Origin: an uncultured Bacteroidales bacterium
GTDB lineage: Bacteria; Bacteroidota; Bacteroidia; Bacteroidales; UBA12077
DNA: 64,000 nucleotides
Reading direction: 5' to 3'
NCBI GenBank assembly: GCA_964461045.1
Contig: CAYWSJ010000003.1
Coordinates: forward strand, 10,148 to 74,147
Shown: positions 8,580-17,975 of the stretch, piece after piece
Layout: every line of letters begins with the position of its first letter
How positions within the stretch are numbered: the first letter of the stretch is position 1
Notes under the pieces: model-generated
Database searches by the model: none
What the model saw: the letters and a program-made list of their open reading frames with translations, nothing else
What the model was told of the DNA's origin: nothing
Position numbers and translations under genes: made by a program

Positions 8580-9971
8580 CTATATATGAATCACCTCATC
8601 ATAGGCTGCTGCTGCCGCCTCCATTATGGCTTCCGACATAGTAGGGTGTGGATGAACTGATTTAATAAGTTCATGTCCGGTAGCTTCAATTTTCTTTCCT
8701 ACTACCAGTTCGGCAATCATTTCTGTTACATTGGCTCCAATCATGTGCCCTCCGAGTAACTCACCATATTTGGCATCAAAAATCAGTTTCACAAAACCAT
8801 CTTTCTGACCTGCTGCACTTGCTTTGCCGGAAGCTGTAAAAGGAAACTTACCCACTTTTACTTCATATCCAGCATCTTTTGCATCTTTTTCTGTTATTCC
8901 AACAGAAGCAACTTCAGGAGTTGTATAAGTACAGCTTGGAATATTTTTATAGTCAATGGGATCAGGACTTTCGCCAGCAATCTTTTCAACACATGCAATT
9001 CCTTCTGCCGAGGCAGCATGAGCAAGAGCCGGTCCATGAACAATATCCCCTATTGCATAGACTCCTTCTACATTAGTCCTGTAATATTCATCAACTTTCA
9101 CTTTACCATTTTCCAATTCAATATTCATCTCTTCAATACCAATGTTCTCAAGGTTTGGAGCAACACCAACCGCAGAAAGGACTATTTCTGCCTCTTTGGT
9201 TTCTTCGCCTTTCTTTGTTTTAATGGTTGCTTTACAAAGATCACCACTGGTATCAACAGACTCAACAGATGAGTTTGTCATTACCTTTATTCCTGCTTTT
9301 TTAAAAGAACGAGCCAGTTGTTTTGAAACATCAGAATCTTCAATTGGTACCACATTGGGTAAAAATTCTACTAATATTACTTCTGTTCCGATAGAATTAT
9401 AAAAATTTGCAAATTCGCTTCCTATTGCACCTGAGCCAACAACTATCATTGACTTAGGCTGTTTGGGAAGTGTCATTGCTTCCCGGTAACCGATAATCTT
9501 TTTACCATCCTGCTTCAGATTTGGTAATTCTTTAGATCTCGCTCCGGTGGCAAGAATAATATGTTTAGCTGTATATTTAGCAGGTTCTTCACCTTCTTTG
9601 GCAACTTCAACTGTATTTTTCTCAATGATTTTACCCCAACCCTGAAGATGATCAATTTTATTTTTTTTGAACAGGTATTGAATTCCTTTACTCATTCCAT
9701 TGGCAACTTCCCTGCTCCTTTTTATCATTCCCTCAAAGTCGGGAGTTACTTCACCGGAAACATTAACACCATAATCTTTAGCATGGGTCATATAACTGTA
9801 TACTTCCCCGCTTTTTAATAAAGCTTTGGTTGGTATACATCCCCAATTAAGGCATACTCCACCAAGTTCTGATTTTTCAACTACACCAACTTTCATTCCT
9901 AACTGAGATGCCCGGATGGCCGCAACATAACCTCCAGGTCCGCTTCCTATAACTATTAAATCATAATTCAT
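8580..9971 (-). CDS. lpdA: Dihydrolipoyl dehydrogenase (E3)
   Basis: 463 aa with FAD motif GSGPGGY, redox disulfide GGVCLNWGCIPTK, NAD motif GSGAIGSE, and C-terminal HPHPTMSE. Confidence 0.95.
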   Translation of the reverse strand: MNYDLIVIGSGPGGYVAAIRASQLGMKVGVVEKSELGGVCLNWGCIPTKALLKSGEVYSYMTHAKDYGVNVSGEVTPDFEGMIKRSREVANGMSKGIQYLFKKNKIDHLQGWGKIIEKNTVEVAKEGEEPAKYTAKHIILATGARSKELPNLKQDGKKIIGYREAMTLPKQPKSMIVVGSGAIGSEFANFYNSIGTEVILVEFLPNVVPIEDSDVSKQLARSFKKAGIKVMTNSSVESVDTSGDLCKATIKTKKGEETKEAEIVLSAVGVAPNLENIGIEEMNIELENGKVKVDEYYRTNVEGVYAIGDIVHGPALAHAASAEGIACVEKIAGESPDPIDYKNIPSCTYTTPEVASVGITEKDAKDAGYEVKVGKFPFTASGKASAAGQKDGFVKLIFDAKYGELLGGHMIGANVTEMIAELVVGKKIEATGHELIKSVHPHPTMSEAIMEAAAAAYDEVIHI

Positions 9972-10003
9972 AATTTCTTTTTTTTAGATTTTAACATTAA
10001 AAC

Positions 10004-10858
10004 CTATTTTCGGTTATTTTGTTGAATTTTTGAAATTTTATATCTGTTTGCAATAATTAAAAATAATTTTGATATCCCAAAAAGTACGATTAAAGAAAAT
10101 ATTATTGAAGCCCCCGAAGGAATATTTAAGGTATAAGAAATTATCAAACCCGCTATTATACCTATAAAACCAATAAGCATGGAGAGCAAAATAATATTCT
10201 TAAAAGTTTGGGTGAAAAAATTAGCAATCGACTGAGGAACTGTTAAAAGCGAAATCAATAAAATTATACCTACCACTTTTATGTTTAAAACAATTGTTAA
10301 GGCAACAAGAACCAAAACAAGGTTTTTAATCAAAGTAACTGGTAACCCCTGAGCTTTAGCATATTTCTCATCAAATGAAATAAATAAGATATTTTTAAAA
10401 AAGATTATAAAAAACAACACAACCACCAGGCTAAAAATGGCCATATAGAATAAATTCGTATCTGAAACTGTCAATATGCTGCCAAAGAGGTATGTCATTA
10501 AATTTGGAGCATATCCCGGAGTTAAATAAATAAATATTATACCAATAGCCATTCCTAACGACCACCATATTCCTATAACCGAATCATTTCTCACTTTTCC
10601 CTTTTCCGTAAAATATTCAATGCCTAATGCAGCTAATATACTAAACAGCGCAGCTCCGAGGATTGGATTCCATCCTAAAAAATAAGCTATTCCGATACCA
10701 CCAAAAGAAGAATGAGTAATCCCGCCACTAAGGAATACAATCCGGTTTGCCACAATGTAGGTTCCTATCAGCCCACATGTAATACTTGCAAACAAAGCAG
10801 CCCAAAGCGCATTAATTAAAAATTTGTATTCAAATATATTTTGTAAAAAATCAATCAT
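10004..10858 (-). CDS. Metal (Zn/Mn) ABC transporter permease, ZnuB-like
   Basis: 284-aa polytopic membrane protein. It overlaps the upstream ATPase gene by 4 nt within an SBP-ATPase-permease operon. Confidence 0.85.
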   Translation of the reverse strand: MIDFLQNIFEYKFLINALWAALFASITCGLIGTYIVANRIVFLSGGITHSSFGGIGIAYFLGWNPILGAALFSILAALGIEYFTEKGKVRNDSVIGIWWSLGMAIGIIFIYLTPGYAPNLMTYLFGSILTVSDTNLFYMAIFSLVVVLFFIIFFKNILFISFDEKYAKAQGLPVTLIKNLVLVLVALTIVLNIKVVGIILLISLLTVPQSIANFFTQTFKNIILLSMLIGFIGIIAGLIISYTLNIPSGASIIFSLIVLFGISKLFLIIANRYKISKIQQNNRK

Positions 10859-11610
10859 TCCTTATTGTGTTTTTTCAATACAGTATGAGGCACTTCTCCA
10901 TGTGTAATAAGCTGAATAGGACAATTGTAAGCCGACAATTGTTTTTCTGTAATTACATTTGACCTGTGATAATGTAGTTCACGATTTACACAGGCTATTG
11001 TTTTTACGTAAGATGTTATTGTTCCTAAATCATGTGTTACCAATAAGATAGCCATTTCATCATTCAACTCTCTCAAAATTTCATAAAGTTCACCTTCAAA
11101 TTTATTATCAACATATGTGTTTGGCTCATCTAATATCAACATTTCAGGTTTAGAGACAATTGCCCTGCTCAAAAAAACCCTCTGCATTTGTCCTCCGGAT
11201 AACTCTCCAATAGTTTTATTCTTCAGGTCTAAAATCCCCATTCTTTCCAGCATGCTTTCAGCCTTTTTTTTGTCACTCTTTGTATATCTTGTAATAATCC
11301 TGTTTTTTAGCATCAAGCCAGAGAGAACAACATCCAGTACAGTTATTGGGAATTGCTCATCAACCTGGTTAAACTGAGGCAAATAGCCGATAGATTTTAT
11401 TTTACGGGATAAATTATATTTCACCTTACCACTATAAGGCTTAAGAATACCGAGAATTACTTTCAGCAGTGTTGTTTTCCCCCCACCGTTCGGCCCTATG
11501 ATTCCTATAAAATCCTGCTTATAGATTTCAAAATCAACATCGATTAAAGCAGGCTCTTCACCGTATCCTGCATTTACTGATTCTAATTTCACCAAGCTTT
11601 TTTTCTCCAT
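10855..11610 (-). CDS. Metal ABC transporter ATP-binding protein, ZnuC-like
   Basis: 251 aa with Walker A GPNGGGKTT, signature LSGGQMQR, and Walker B LILDEP. Confidence 0.9.
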   Translation of the reverse strand: MEKKSLVKLESVNAGYGEEPALIDVDFEIYKQDFIGIIGPNGGGKTTLLKVILGILKPYSGKVKYNLSRKIKSIGYLPQFNQVDEQFPITVLDVVLSGLMLKNRIITRYTKSDKKKAESMLERMGILDLKNKTIGELSGGQMQRVFLSRAIVSKPEMLILDEPNTYVDNKFEGELYEILRELNDEMAILLVTHDLGTITSYVKTIACVNRELHYHRSNVITEKQLSAYNCPIQLITHGEVPHTVLKKHNKE

Positions 11611-11612
11611 AT

Positions 11613-12518
11613 TTATCCCTCCTTCTGTTCATTTTTGAGCGATGCTGCTAATTTTTGTGTAACAGACCTCATTTGTTCAATCCAATCATAAGCAAGCGGG
11701 TTTATTTCTATTATTTCAGCATTAATTTCCTCAGCAATAGTTTGTGCTGTCTCTTTATTAAATTGCTTTTGAATAAAAATTACTTTAATATTTTCACTTC
11801 TTCCCAGGTCTACCAATTCAGCTACTCTCCCAGGGGCAGGTTCTTTTCCTTCGAATTCAATAGAAACCTGCTCAAGATCATAATCTTCAGCATAGTAGGT
11901 CAAAGCCGGGTGAAAGATCATAAATTTTCTGTTGTTCAGCCCCGATAATTCTTTTCTGATAAGACTGTCGAGATCTTTTACCTGTTTTCTGAAAATATTG
12001 TAATTTAAATCATAAGTATTTTTATGGATGCTGTCCATATCAACAAGTGCATTTCTTATAACCTTAATCTGAGATTTAACACGGGCAGGTGAAGTCCAAA
12101 TGTGCGGATCAAGTGAGATGCTTTTTTCATTTTTTTTATTTGAGTGAGAATGTTTTTCATTTTCCATCAGCTCAACCTGGCTTGATTGAGAGTAAACCTT
12201 TAGATCCGCATTTAAGGATTTAAACTTCGGCATCCAAGCCTTCTCAAAAATAAGTGGTCCGATACGAAAGTAAGCTATTGACTCTGATATTTTCCTCATC
12301 TGTTCGGGGGTAGGTTCATATGTTACAGGATTTGCTCCCGGTGGAACCATCACATTAACCTCAAATAAATCACCTGCAATTTGATTTACAAAATATTTTT
12401 GTGGCAACACGCTAACGCTAACCAAAGGTTTTTCATCTTGTTTATCTTTGGAATCCTCACAGGAATAAAATATCCCGAATATTAACAGAAACGATAATAT
12501 TAAAAAATACCTGCTCAT
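11613..12518 (-). CDS. Metal ABC transporter substrate-binding lipoprotein, ZnuA/TroA-like
   Basis: Cluster-9 SBP pattern with a short His-rich loop (EKHSHSNKKNEKS). ATG 12518 gives a lipoprotein signal (MSRYFLILSFLLIFGIFYSC). The ORF-track TTG at 12545 lies inside the promoter box. Confidence 0.85.
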   Translation of the reverse strand: MSRYFLILSFLLIFGIFYSCEDSKDKQDEKPLVSVSVLPQKYFVNQIAGDLFEVNVMVPPGANPVTYEPTPEQMRKISESIAYFRIGPLIFEKAWMPKFKSLNADLKVYSQSSQVELMENEKHSHSNKKNEKSISLDPHIWTSPARVKSQIKVIRNALVDMDSIHKNTYDLNYNIFRKQVKDLDSLIRKELSGLNNRKFMIFHPALTYYAEDYDLEQVSIEFEGKEPAPGRVAELVDLGRSENIKVIFIQKQFNKETAQTIAEEINAEIIEINPLAYDWIEQMRSVTQKLAASLKNEQKEG

Positions 12519-12542
12519 TTTATTTAGAATTAATTTAAATAA

Positions 12543-12550
12543 CAAAAATA
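12543..12550 (-). promoter_or_regulatory. -7 promoter box (TATTTTTG) for the znu-like operon
   Basis: Exact TAnnTTTG on the minus strand, 25 nt upstream of ATG 12518. Confidence 0.5.
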
Positions 12551-12674
12551 CAAGAATTCCTTATGAAAAAAAATAATTCTACCGCTAAATTAATAAAACA
12601 ATTAATCGATAATATCAATATTTCAGAAATAAAACAAAAACACTTTTCAAAATTTCAAGAAGGCCTTTCCATAA

Positions 12675-12701
12675 AAAAAGCCCCGGGAAACGGGGCTTTT
12701 T
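12675..12701 (-). terminator. Rho-independent terminator after the TlpA-like gene (bidirectional shape)
   Basis: AAAAAGCCCCG-GGAAA-CGGGGCTTTTT, with A/T runs on both sides. Confidence 0.8.
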
Positions 12702-12724
12702 ATAATTAGTAGAATATCCTAAAA

Positions 12725-13828
12725 TTATTCATAAATTTCCTTCAGTTTCTTTTCCAGGTCTTCTCCTCTAAGGTCTTTAGCGACTATCTTTCCTTTGGGG
12801 CCAATAAGGAAATTAGCAGGAATCGACCGGATGCCATATTTTTTACCGGCTTTATTATCCCAACCTTTCACATCAGAAACCTGGGGCCATGTAATATTAT
12901 CATTGTGAATGGCTTTAACCCATGATTCTTTTTTTCTGTCGAATGAAACACCAAAGATTTCAAATCCTTGATCTTTGTATTTTTTATAATTTTCTACCAG
13001 GTTTGGATTTTCTTTTCGACATGGGGAGCACCACCCTGCCCAGAAATCAAGCAAGACATATCCATCTCCTACATGATCAGAAAAAGTAACCATATTCCCG
13101 GAAGTATCTGGTAAAGTAAAATCAATAAAAGGTTTACCAACCTGAACTTTCTCGAGAAGATCCCGTCTTTCCTTCATATTCTTAGCATACTTGGTTGTTT
13201 GTACCTCAGGAGGAATAGTACTATAAATGCTGTCTAACTCATTAAAATCCAAATAAGGCATTAAATAATTGGTAATAATGAACGGACCGATCACTGAATT
13301 TGTTTTGGATTTTCCATATCTTGAAATAAAATCCTGTCTTTCTTCATAGATACTTTGCAAGTTATCCTGTATTCTGGCGATTTTCTCCTCATTATCTTCT
13401 CTTCTTGCCATCTGATAATTTCTATAAACAGTTCCCATTTTCTGTTCATAAAATTTAACAGAATCACGAAATTGATTATAGTCATTATGAGCAGAAGAAC
13501 CAGTAACGTCAATATTGCTAAGGCTATCTTTAGTCCCCTCTACTTCAATTTCAGAGTTTTCTGCAAATAAGAGAAATCCTGATTTATCTTTTCCCAAAGA
13601 AACTTTAAATAATTCCGGGCTTGAAAGCTTACCAGTAAAAATAAAACTTCCTTCTTTAGCATTAGTAGAATCGATGGAGGTCCACTGCCTCTTTTCTTCT
13701 TCCATTTTTTGTAAAAACACCTGGGAATCTTCTATCCCGCTGATATTCCCCTCTATCTTATAACCTTCCTTTTGCGTACAGGATATTACAAATAAGGGTA
13801 AAGCCAATAATACAAATAGTTTTCTCAT
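12725..13828 (-). CDS. TlpA-family thiol-disulfide oxidoreductase lipoprotein
   Basis: 367 aa with a lipobox (LFVISC), an N-terminal beta-rich module, and a C-terminal thioredoxin fold with WAGWCSPCRKE. Confidence 0.85.
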   Translation of the reverse strand: MRKLFVLLALPLFVISCTQKEGYKIEGNISGIEDSQVFLQKMEEEKRQWTSIDSTNAKEGSFIFTGKLSSPELFKVSLGKDKSGFLLFAENSEIEVEGTKDSLSNIDVTGSSAHNDYNQFRDSVKFYEQKMGTVYRNYQMARREDNEEKIARIQDNLQSIYEERQDFISRYGKSKTNSVIGPFIITNYLMPYLDFNELDSIYSTIPPEVQTTKYAKNMKERRDLLEKVQVGKPFIDFTLPDTSGNMVTFSDHVGDGYVLLDFWAGWCSPCRKENPNLVENYKKYKDQGFEIFGVSFDRKKESWVKAIHNDNITWPQVSDVKGWDNKAGKKYGIRSIPANFLIGPKGKIVAKDLRGEDLEKKLKEIYE

Positions 13829-13889
13829 AGTTTAAATTTTTGACCTCAAACCTAACAAGAATAAATGAATATAAAAAGACAGTAAAGTA

Positions 13890-14990
13890 TTATTTTTTGA
13901 AATAAAGATCCAATAATTTCTGAGCAGCCATAAATGAAGTTGAGCGGCCCTTCAGGACATCTTGCTCTAAGTCTGGAAGTAGTTTTTTCACTTCTTCATA
14001 TTGATAAAAATTATCTTTCAAAATTTGATTTATAGTTTCATACATCCAGAATTTCGCCTGTTCGCGCCTGTTCTTTTTAAAGAAGCCATTACTCTTCACA
14101 TAAGCAGTGTACTCTCTGATTATTTCCCATACTTTTTCAATGCCCACATCATTTAAAGCAGAACAGGTAAGTACTTTTGGTAGCCAACCTGATTCAGGAG
14201 GAGGGAAAAGATGCAAGGCCTTCTGGTATTCTTTGGATGCCATTTCTGCATTTTCTCTGTTTTCGCCATCTGCTTTCGTTATAGCAATTGCATCAGCCAT
14301 TTCCATAATTCCTCTTTTAATTCCCTGCAGTTCATCTCCAGCACCGGCTAACATTAACAGTAAAAAGAAATCAACCATAGAGTGCACGGAGGTTTCAGAT
14401 TGCCCCACGCCTACGGTTTCAATAAAAATTGTATCAAATCCTGCAGCCTCACATAGGATAACGGTTTCCCGTGTTTTTCTTGCCACGCCGCCCAGTGAAT
14501 CACCTGAAGGCGAGGGACGAATAAACGCTTTCTCGTTTGCTGATAATTTTTCCATTCGGGTTTTATCTCCAAGTATAGAACCCCCGCTTCGTTCGCTGGT
14601 AGGATCAACAGCTAGAACAGCAAGTTTTCTTTTCGACAGCAATATCTTATTTCCCAGGGCTTCAATAAAAGTACTTTTCCCAACTCCCGGAACTCCTGTT
14701 ATTCCAATTCTTAAAGAATTTCCTGAATACGGGAGGCATTTTTCTATTATTTTCCTGGAGAGTTCTGCATCCTCAGGCTTCGAGCTCTCAATAAGGGTTA
14801 TAGCCTGTCCTAAAATACGTCTGTTATCATTAAGAATTCCCTTCACGTATTCATCAGGATCCATCCGCGTCTTTTTCCTCCGGAATTTTTTCGCAGCCGA
14901 AGGATTAATAGATGAAGGCTGTTCAACTCCTTTATTTACATGTAAAGCACTTTTATCCTGGTCTTTTTTCTGATCCTTCTCGTTTCCCAT
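13890..14990 (-). CDS. meaB: MeaB/ArgK-type G3E GTPase (methylmalonyl-CoA mutase-associated chaperone family)
   Basis: 366 aa with P-loop GVPGVGKST, DPTSERSGGSILGDKTRM, ETVGVGQSE, and ITKADG. Confidence 0.85.
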   Translation of the reverse strand: MGNEKDQKKDQDKSALHVNKGVEQPSSINPSAAKKFRRKKTRMDPDEYVKGILNDNRRILGQAITLIESSKPEDAELSRKIIEKCLPYSGNSLRIGITGVPGVGKSTFIEALGNKILLSKRKLAVLAVDPTSERSGGSILGDKTRMEKLSANEKAFIRPSPSGDSLGGVARKTRETVILCEAAGFDTIFIETVGVGQSETSVHSMVDFFLLLMLAGAGDELQGIKRGIMEMADAIAITKADGENRENAEMASKEYQKALHLFPPPESGWLPKVLTCSALNDVGIEKVWEIIREYTAYVKSNGFFKKNRREQAKFWMYETINQILKDNFYQYEEVKKLLPDLEQDVLKGRSTSFMAAQKLLDLYFKK

Positions 14991-15015
14991 ATATTAAACA
15001 GATATCTCTTTCTTA

Positions 15016-16104
15016 TCACTGCTCAACTTTCCCCTTAATTGTCAATCGCATATTAGAGTTATGGGGATCATTTGAAATAAAATAAATTAGTTTTCTCTGG
15101 TAGCCTTTTCTGTTTCCGATGCGAAAAATAGCTTTAAAGGAACTCTTTTCTCCCGGTTTAATCACAGTTTTGTCTGGCTCAACTGTTGTGCATCCACAGG
15201 TGGCCCGTATTTTTCTGATCTTCAAATCAGATTTACCAACATTTTTAAAAGTAAACACATGAGTAACTTTGCTGTTTTGTTTTGCAGTCCCAAAATTATA
15301 AACAGTCTCGTCAAATTTTACTTTTGGAGCGTTGGCTAACTCTTTTTCTGAAAGATAAGAAAAATCCTCTTCTATTTTGGCGGTAATTGCCAGCCTGCTA
15401 TTATTTGGGGTTTTACCGTTTATTTTTATTCTTGGTCTGTGAATTACAAAACCCCAGTCATCAATTTTTGTCGGATCAAATTTTCCCCAGATAAAACCTT
15501 CTTCTCCTGGCTTTAAGCTTTCAGGTTTTAATTTGAGTGTAATATGGGCAGGCACATTTGTAAAGGTTACTTTCATGATCTCATCTGATGTATTTACTAC
15601 TGGTAAAGAATCAATTTTAGGCTGATTATGTTTTACTTTCACAAAGGGCAGATGATTTGATTTCATTCTTAGTTCGCCGATCTTCCTTGGGTACCTGTCG
15701 GCAATAGTCCTTTTACGAGGCATGACATTCCCTACTATTCTAAGAACAATAGTACTTTGATCTGCATTAGATCTTACTACAATACTTTTATTAAAATTAC
15801 CGGGCCTCCTCCTGGGATCGAACGTAGCACTCACATAACCCTTATCCCCTGGCATTACCGGTTGCCTTGTCCATGAAGGAGAAGTACAGCCACACGATGC
15901 ATTTACATCATTTATTATAAGAGGTTTGTTTCCTGTATTTACAAATCCAAATTTATGAGAAACCTTACCGCCATCTTCTTTAATATTCCCGAAATTATGT
16001 TTGGTTTTCTCAAAGGCAATGGTAGCGCCTTTTTGTTGAGAAAATGATTGCAGAGAAAACACAGCTATAAGCAGTGAGGCTATTAAAGTAACTTTAGAAT
16101 TCAT
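15016..16104 (-). CDS. DUF1573-type secreted protein (repeated Ig-like modules with a CGC motif)
   Basis: 362 aa with a signal peptide. The first and last modules are homologous and carry NASCGCTSPSW and RATCGCTTVEP. Confidence 0.7.
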   Translation of the reverse strand: MNSKVTLIASLLIAVFSLQSFSQQKGATIAFEKTKHNFGNIKEDGGKVSHKFGFVNTGNKPLIINDVNASCGCTSPSWTRQPVMPGDKGYVSATFDPRRRPGNFNKSIVVRSNADQSTIVLRIVGNVMPRKRTIADRYPRKIGELRMKSNHLPFVKVKHNQPKIDSLPVVNTSDEIMKVTFTNVPAHITLKLKPESLKPGEEGFIWGKFDPTKIDDWGFVIHRPRIKINGKTPNNSRLAITAKIEEDFSYLSEKELANAPKVKFDETVYNFGTAKQNSKVTHVFTFKNVGKSDLKIRKIRATCGCTTVEPDKTVIKPGEKSSFKAIFRIGNRKGYQRKLIYFISNDPHNSNMRLTIKGKVEQ

Positions 16105-16130
16105 AACAATTATATTTTAGAATTTCATCA

Positions 16131-16138
16131 CAAAATTA
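16131..16138 (-). promoter_or_regulatory. -7 promoter box (TAATTTTG) for the DUF1573 gene
   Basis: Exact TAnnTTTG on the minus strand, 27 nt upstream of ATG 16104. Confidence 0.45.
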
Positions 16139-16259
16139 ACATTTTTTATAAAAGAATGTTGTTCTGAAAATAATCAAAAATCAAGCCGCGATAATCTTTC
16201 AAGTCAAATGATTCTAAATTTTAAGGTTCAATAAAGATATTATGCATAAAAATTTTAAT

Positions 16260-16267
16260 TATGTTTG
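16260..16267 (+). promoter_or_regulatory. -7 promoter box (TATGTTTG) for the TauE-like/M20 gene pair
   Basis: Exact TAnnTTTG, 20 nt upstream of ATG 16287. Confidence 0.45.
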
Positions 16268-16286
16268 CTTAAAAGATATTTAAAAT

Positions 16287-16655
16287 ATGCAATTAGCTGA
16301 AGTCCTAATACTAATAGTTGTTGGTCTCATTGCAGGGTTCGCAGGAGGAACCTTAGGAATTGGCGGAGGAATTGTCATTGTTCCCGCTCTGATCTTTATT
16401 CTTGGATTTAGTCAACACCACGCACAAGGAACAAGCCTGGCAGTTTTATTATTTCCAATAGGAATTCTGGGAGTTATTAATTACGCTAAAGCTGGTTATG
16501 TCAATTTCAAAATAGCTGCTATTTTAATTCTTGCTTTTATAGCCGGAAGTTATCTGGGGAGTAAATTTGCCATCAGCATGCCCGAAAAAACACTGAAACA
16601 AATTTTTGGACTTTTTATGCTTTTTGTCTCCATTAAAATGATCATAGGAAAATAA
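16287..16655 (+). CDS. Half-size TauE/SafE (TSUP) family membrane protein
   Basis: 122 aa, about four TM helices, Gly-rich start (GLIAGFAGGTLGIGGGIVIVPAL). Non-coding DNA lies upstream and the next gene starts 10 nt downstream, so it is not a frameshifted fragment. Confidence 0.65.
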   Translation: MQLAEVLILIVVGLIAGFAGGTLGIGGGIVIVPALIFILGFSQHHAQGTSLAVLLFPIGILGVINYAKAGYVNFKIAAILILAFIAGSYLGSKFAISMPEKTLKQIFGLFMLFVSIKMIIGK

Positions 16656-16665
16656 ATTCAAAATT

Positions 16666-17847
16666 ATGGATCTACAAAAGACCATTACAGAACTAAGCCA
16701 AAAATACTACGAAGAAATCGTGAAAATACGCCGGCATATTCACCAATACCCGGAGTTAGCTTTTGAAGAGCATAATACAGCTGATTATATATTGCAGGAA
16801 CTTGAAAAAATCGGGCTAAAGGCCGAAAAAATTGCTAATACAGGAATCGTTGGTTTGTTAAAAGGAAAAAATCCGAATAGAAAAATAATTGCATTGCGGG
16901 CAGACATAGATGCGCTGCCGATTGAAGAAAATAATGAAATATCTTACAGATCAAAGAAAAAAGGAAAAATGCATGCTTGTGGACATGATGTTCACACTGC
17001 TGTCTTATTGGGAGTTTTAAAAATTCTAAACGAGATAAAAGAGCATTTTGAAGGTACGATAAAATTTATTTTTCAACCGGCAGAAGAAAAATTACCAGGA
17101 GGAGCCCTGGAATTAATAAAAAACAAAGTTCTGGAAAATCCGGTTCCTGAGCTTATTATAGGACAACACGTGTATCCTGAATTACAGTCAGGGCAATTGG
17201 GATTTAAACCCGGAAATTACATGGCCTCCAGCGATGAAATTTTCATTACTCTGAAAGGAAAAGGCGGACACGGAGGGATGCCGGAAAAAGTTGACGATAC
17301 TGTTTATCTGGCCTCAAGAATTATAACTGATCTTCAGCAAATTGTGAGCAGGAAATCTCCTTCAGGCATTCCCACTGTATTAAGTTTTGGAAAACTAATA
17401 GCAGAAGGAGCTACAAACGTAATTCCGAATGAAGTAAAAATAGAAGGAACTTTCAGAACAATGAATGAACAATGGCGAAATAAGGCTCATGAACAAATTA
17501 AACTTATAACAGAAGGAGCCCTGTTAGGAACAACCTGCAAGGCAGATGTTTATATTAAAAAAGGATATCCTGTACTTTATAACCATCCGGTGCTTACACA
17601 GAAAGCAAAATCAGCCGCCACAGAACTACTGGGAAATGAAAATGTCAAAGAACTTGAAATAAGAATGACTGCTGAAGACTTTGCCTTTTATGCTCAGAAA
17701 ATTCCAGGCATTTTTTATCGATTTGGGACTAATAACTCAAAAAATGAATTCGGAGCAGGGCTTCATACTCCACATTTCAACATTGATGAAGAAGCATTGA
17801 AAACGGGGATGTCAGGAATGGCATGGCTTGCACTTAAATTGCCCTGA
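16666..17847 (+). CDS. M20-family amidohydrolase (N-acyl-amino-acid / hippurate hydrolase type)
   Basis: 393 aa with MHACGHDVH metal-binding motif and FQPAEE. Confidence 0.85.
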   Translation: MDLQKTITELSQKYYEEIVKIRRHIHQYPELAFEEHNTADYILQELEKIGLKAEKIANTGIVGLLKGKNPNRKIIALRADIDALPIEENNEISYRSKKKGKMHACGHDVHTAVLLGVLKILNEIKEHFEGTIKFIFQPAEEKLPGGALELIKNKVLENPVPELIIGQHVYPELQSGQLGFKPGNYMASSDEIFITLKGKGGHGGMPEKVDDTVYLASRIITDLQQIVSRKSPSGIPTVLSFGKLIAEGATNVIPNEVKIEGTFRTMNEQWRNKAHEQIKLITEGALLGTTCKADVYIKKGYPVLYNHPVLTQKAKSAATELLGNENVKELEIRMTAEDFAFYAQKIPGIFYRFGTNNSKNEFGAGLHTPHFNIDEEALKTGMSGMAWLALKLP

Positions 17848-17929
17848 AAATAAACTGCAGCCCTTATTTATAATCGCTTCAAATTAGTGAAATATGTTAT
17901 AATTTATTTTTTGGTTTAAAAATTGAAAA

Positions 17930-17937
17930 TAATTTTG
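17930..17937 (+). promoter_or_regulatory. -7 promoter box (TAATTTTG) for the ferredoxin gene
   Basis: Exact TAnnTTTG, 38 nt upstream of ATG 17976. Confidence 0.5.
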
Positions 17938-17975
17938 CACTAACATAAATTTTAACCTTTAAAAATTAAATACAA

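Noticed and set aside
12615-12640. AATATCAATATT palindrome-like element upstream of the znu-like operon, as a possible shared operator with the AAATATCA/TGATATTT repeat at the L31 promoter.
   Set aside because: Only a 7-mer is shared, the half-site spacing differs (adjacent versus 10 nt apart), and the element lies about 75 nt upstream of the znu-like -7 box. It cannot be distinguished from A/T-rich background by eye.
12563-12709. 48-codon plus-strand ORF (MKKNNSTAKLIKQL...) in the gap between the TlpA-like and znu-like genes.
   Set aside because: Its 3' end reads straight through the GC-rich terminator hairpin of the TlpA-like gene (12675..12701), and its 5' end sits on the znu-like promoter region. 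There is no motif and no promoter box of its own, so it is likely non-coding.
14107-14973. 288-codon plus-strand ORF antisense to meaB, strikingly long for an A/T-rich genome.
   Set aside because: It lies entirely inside a gene with unmistakable MeaB motifs, in an offset antisense frame. Its product is Ser/Pro/Ile-rich low-complexity sequence with no recognisable motif, and it has no promoter box or start context. It is best explained as a shadow ORF of a locally GC-richer gene. Only Ribo-seq or conservation analysis independent of meaB could revive it.
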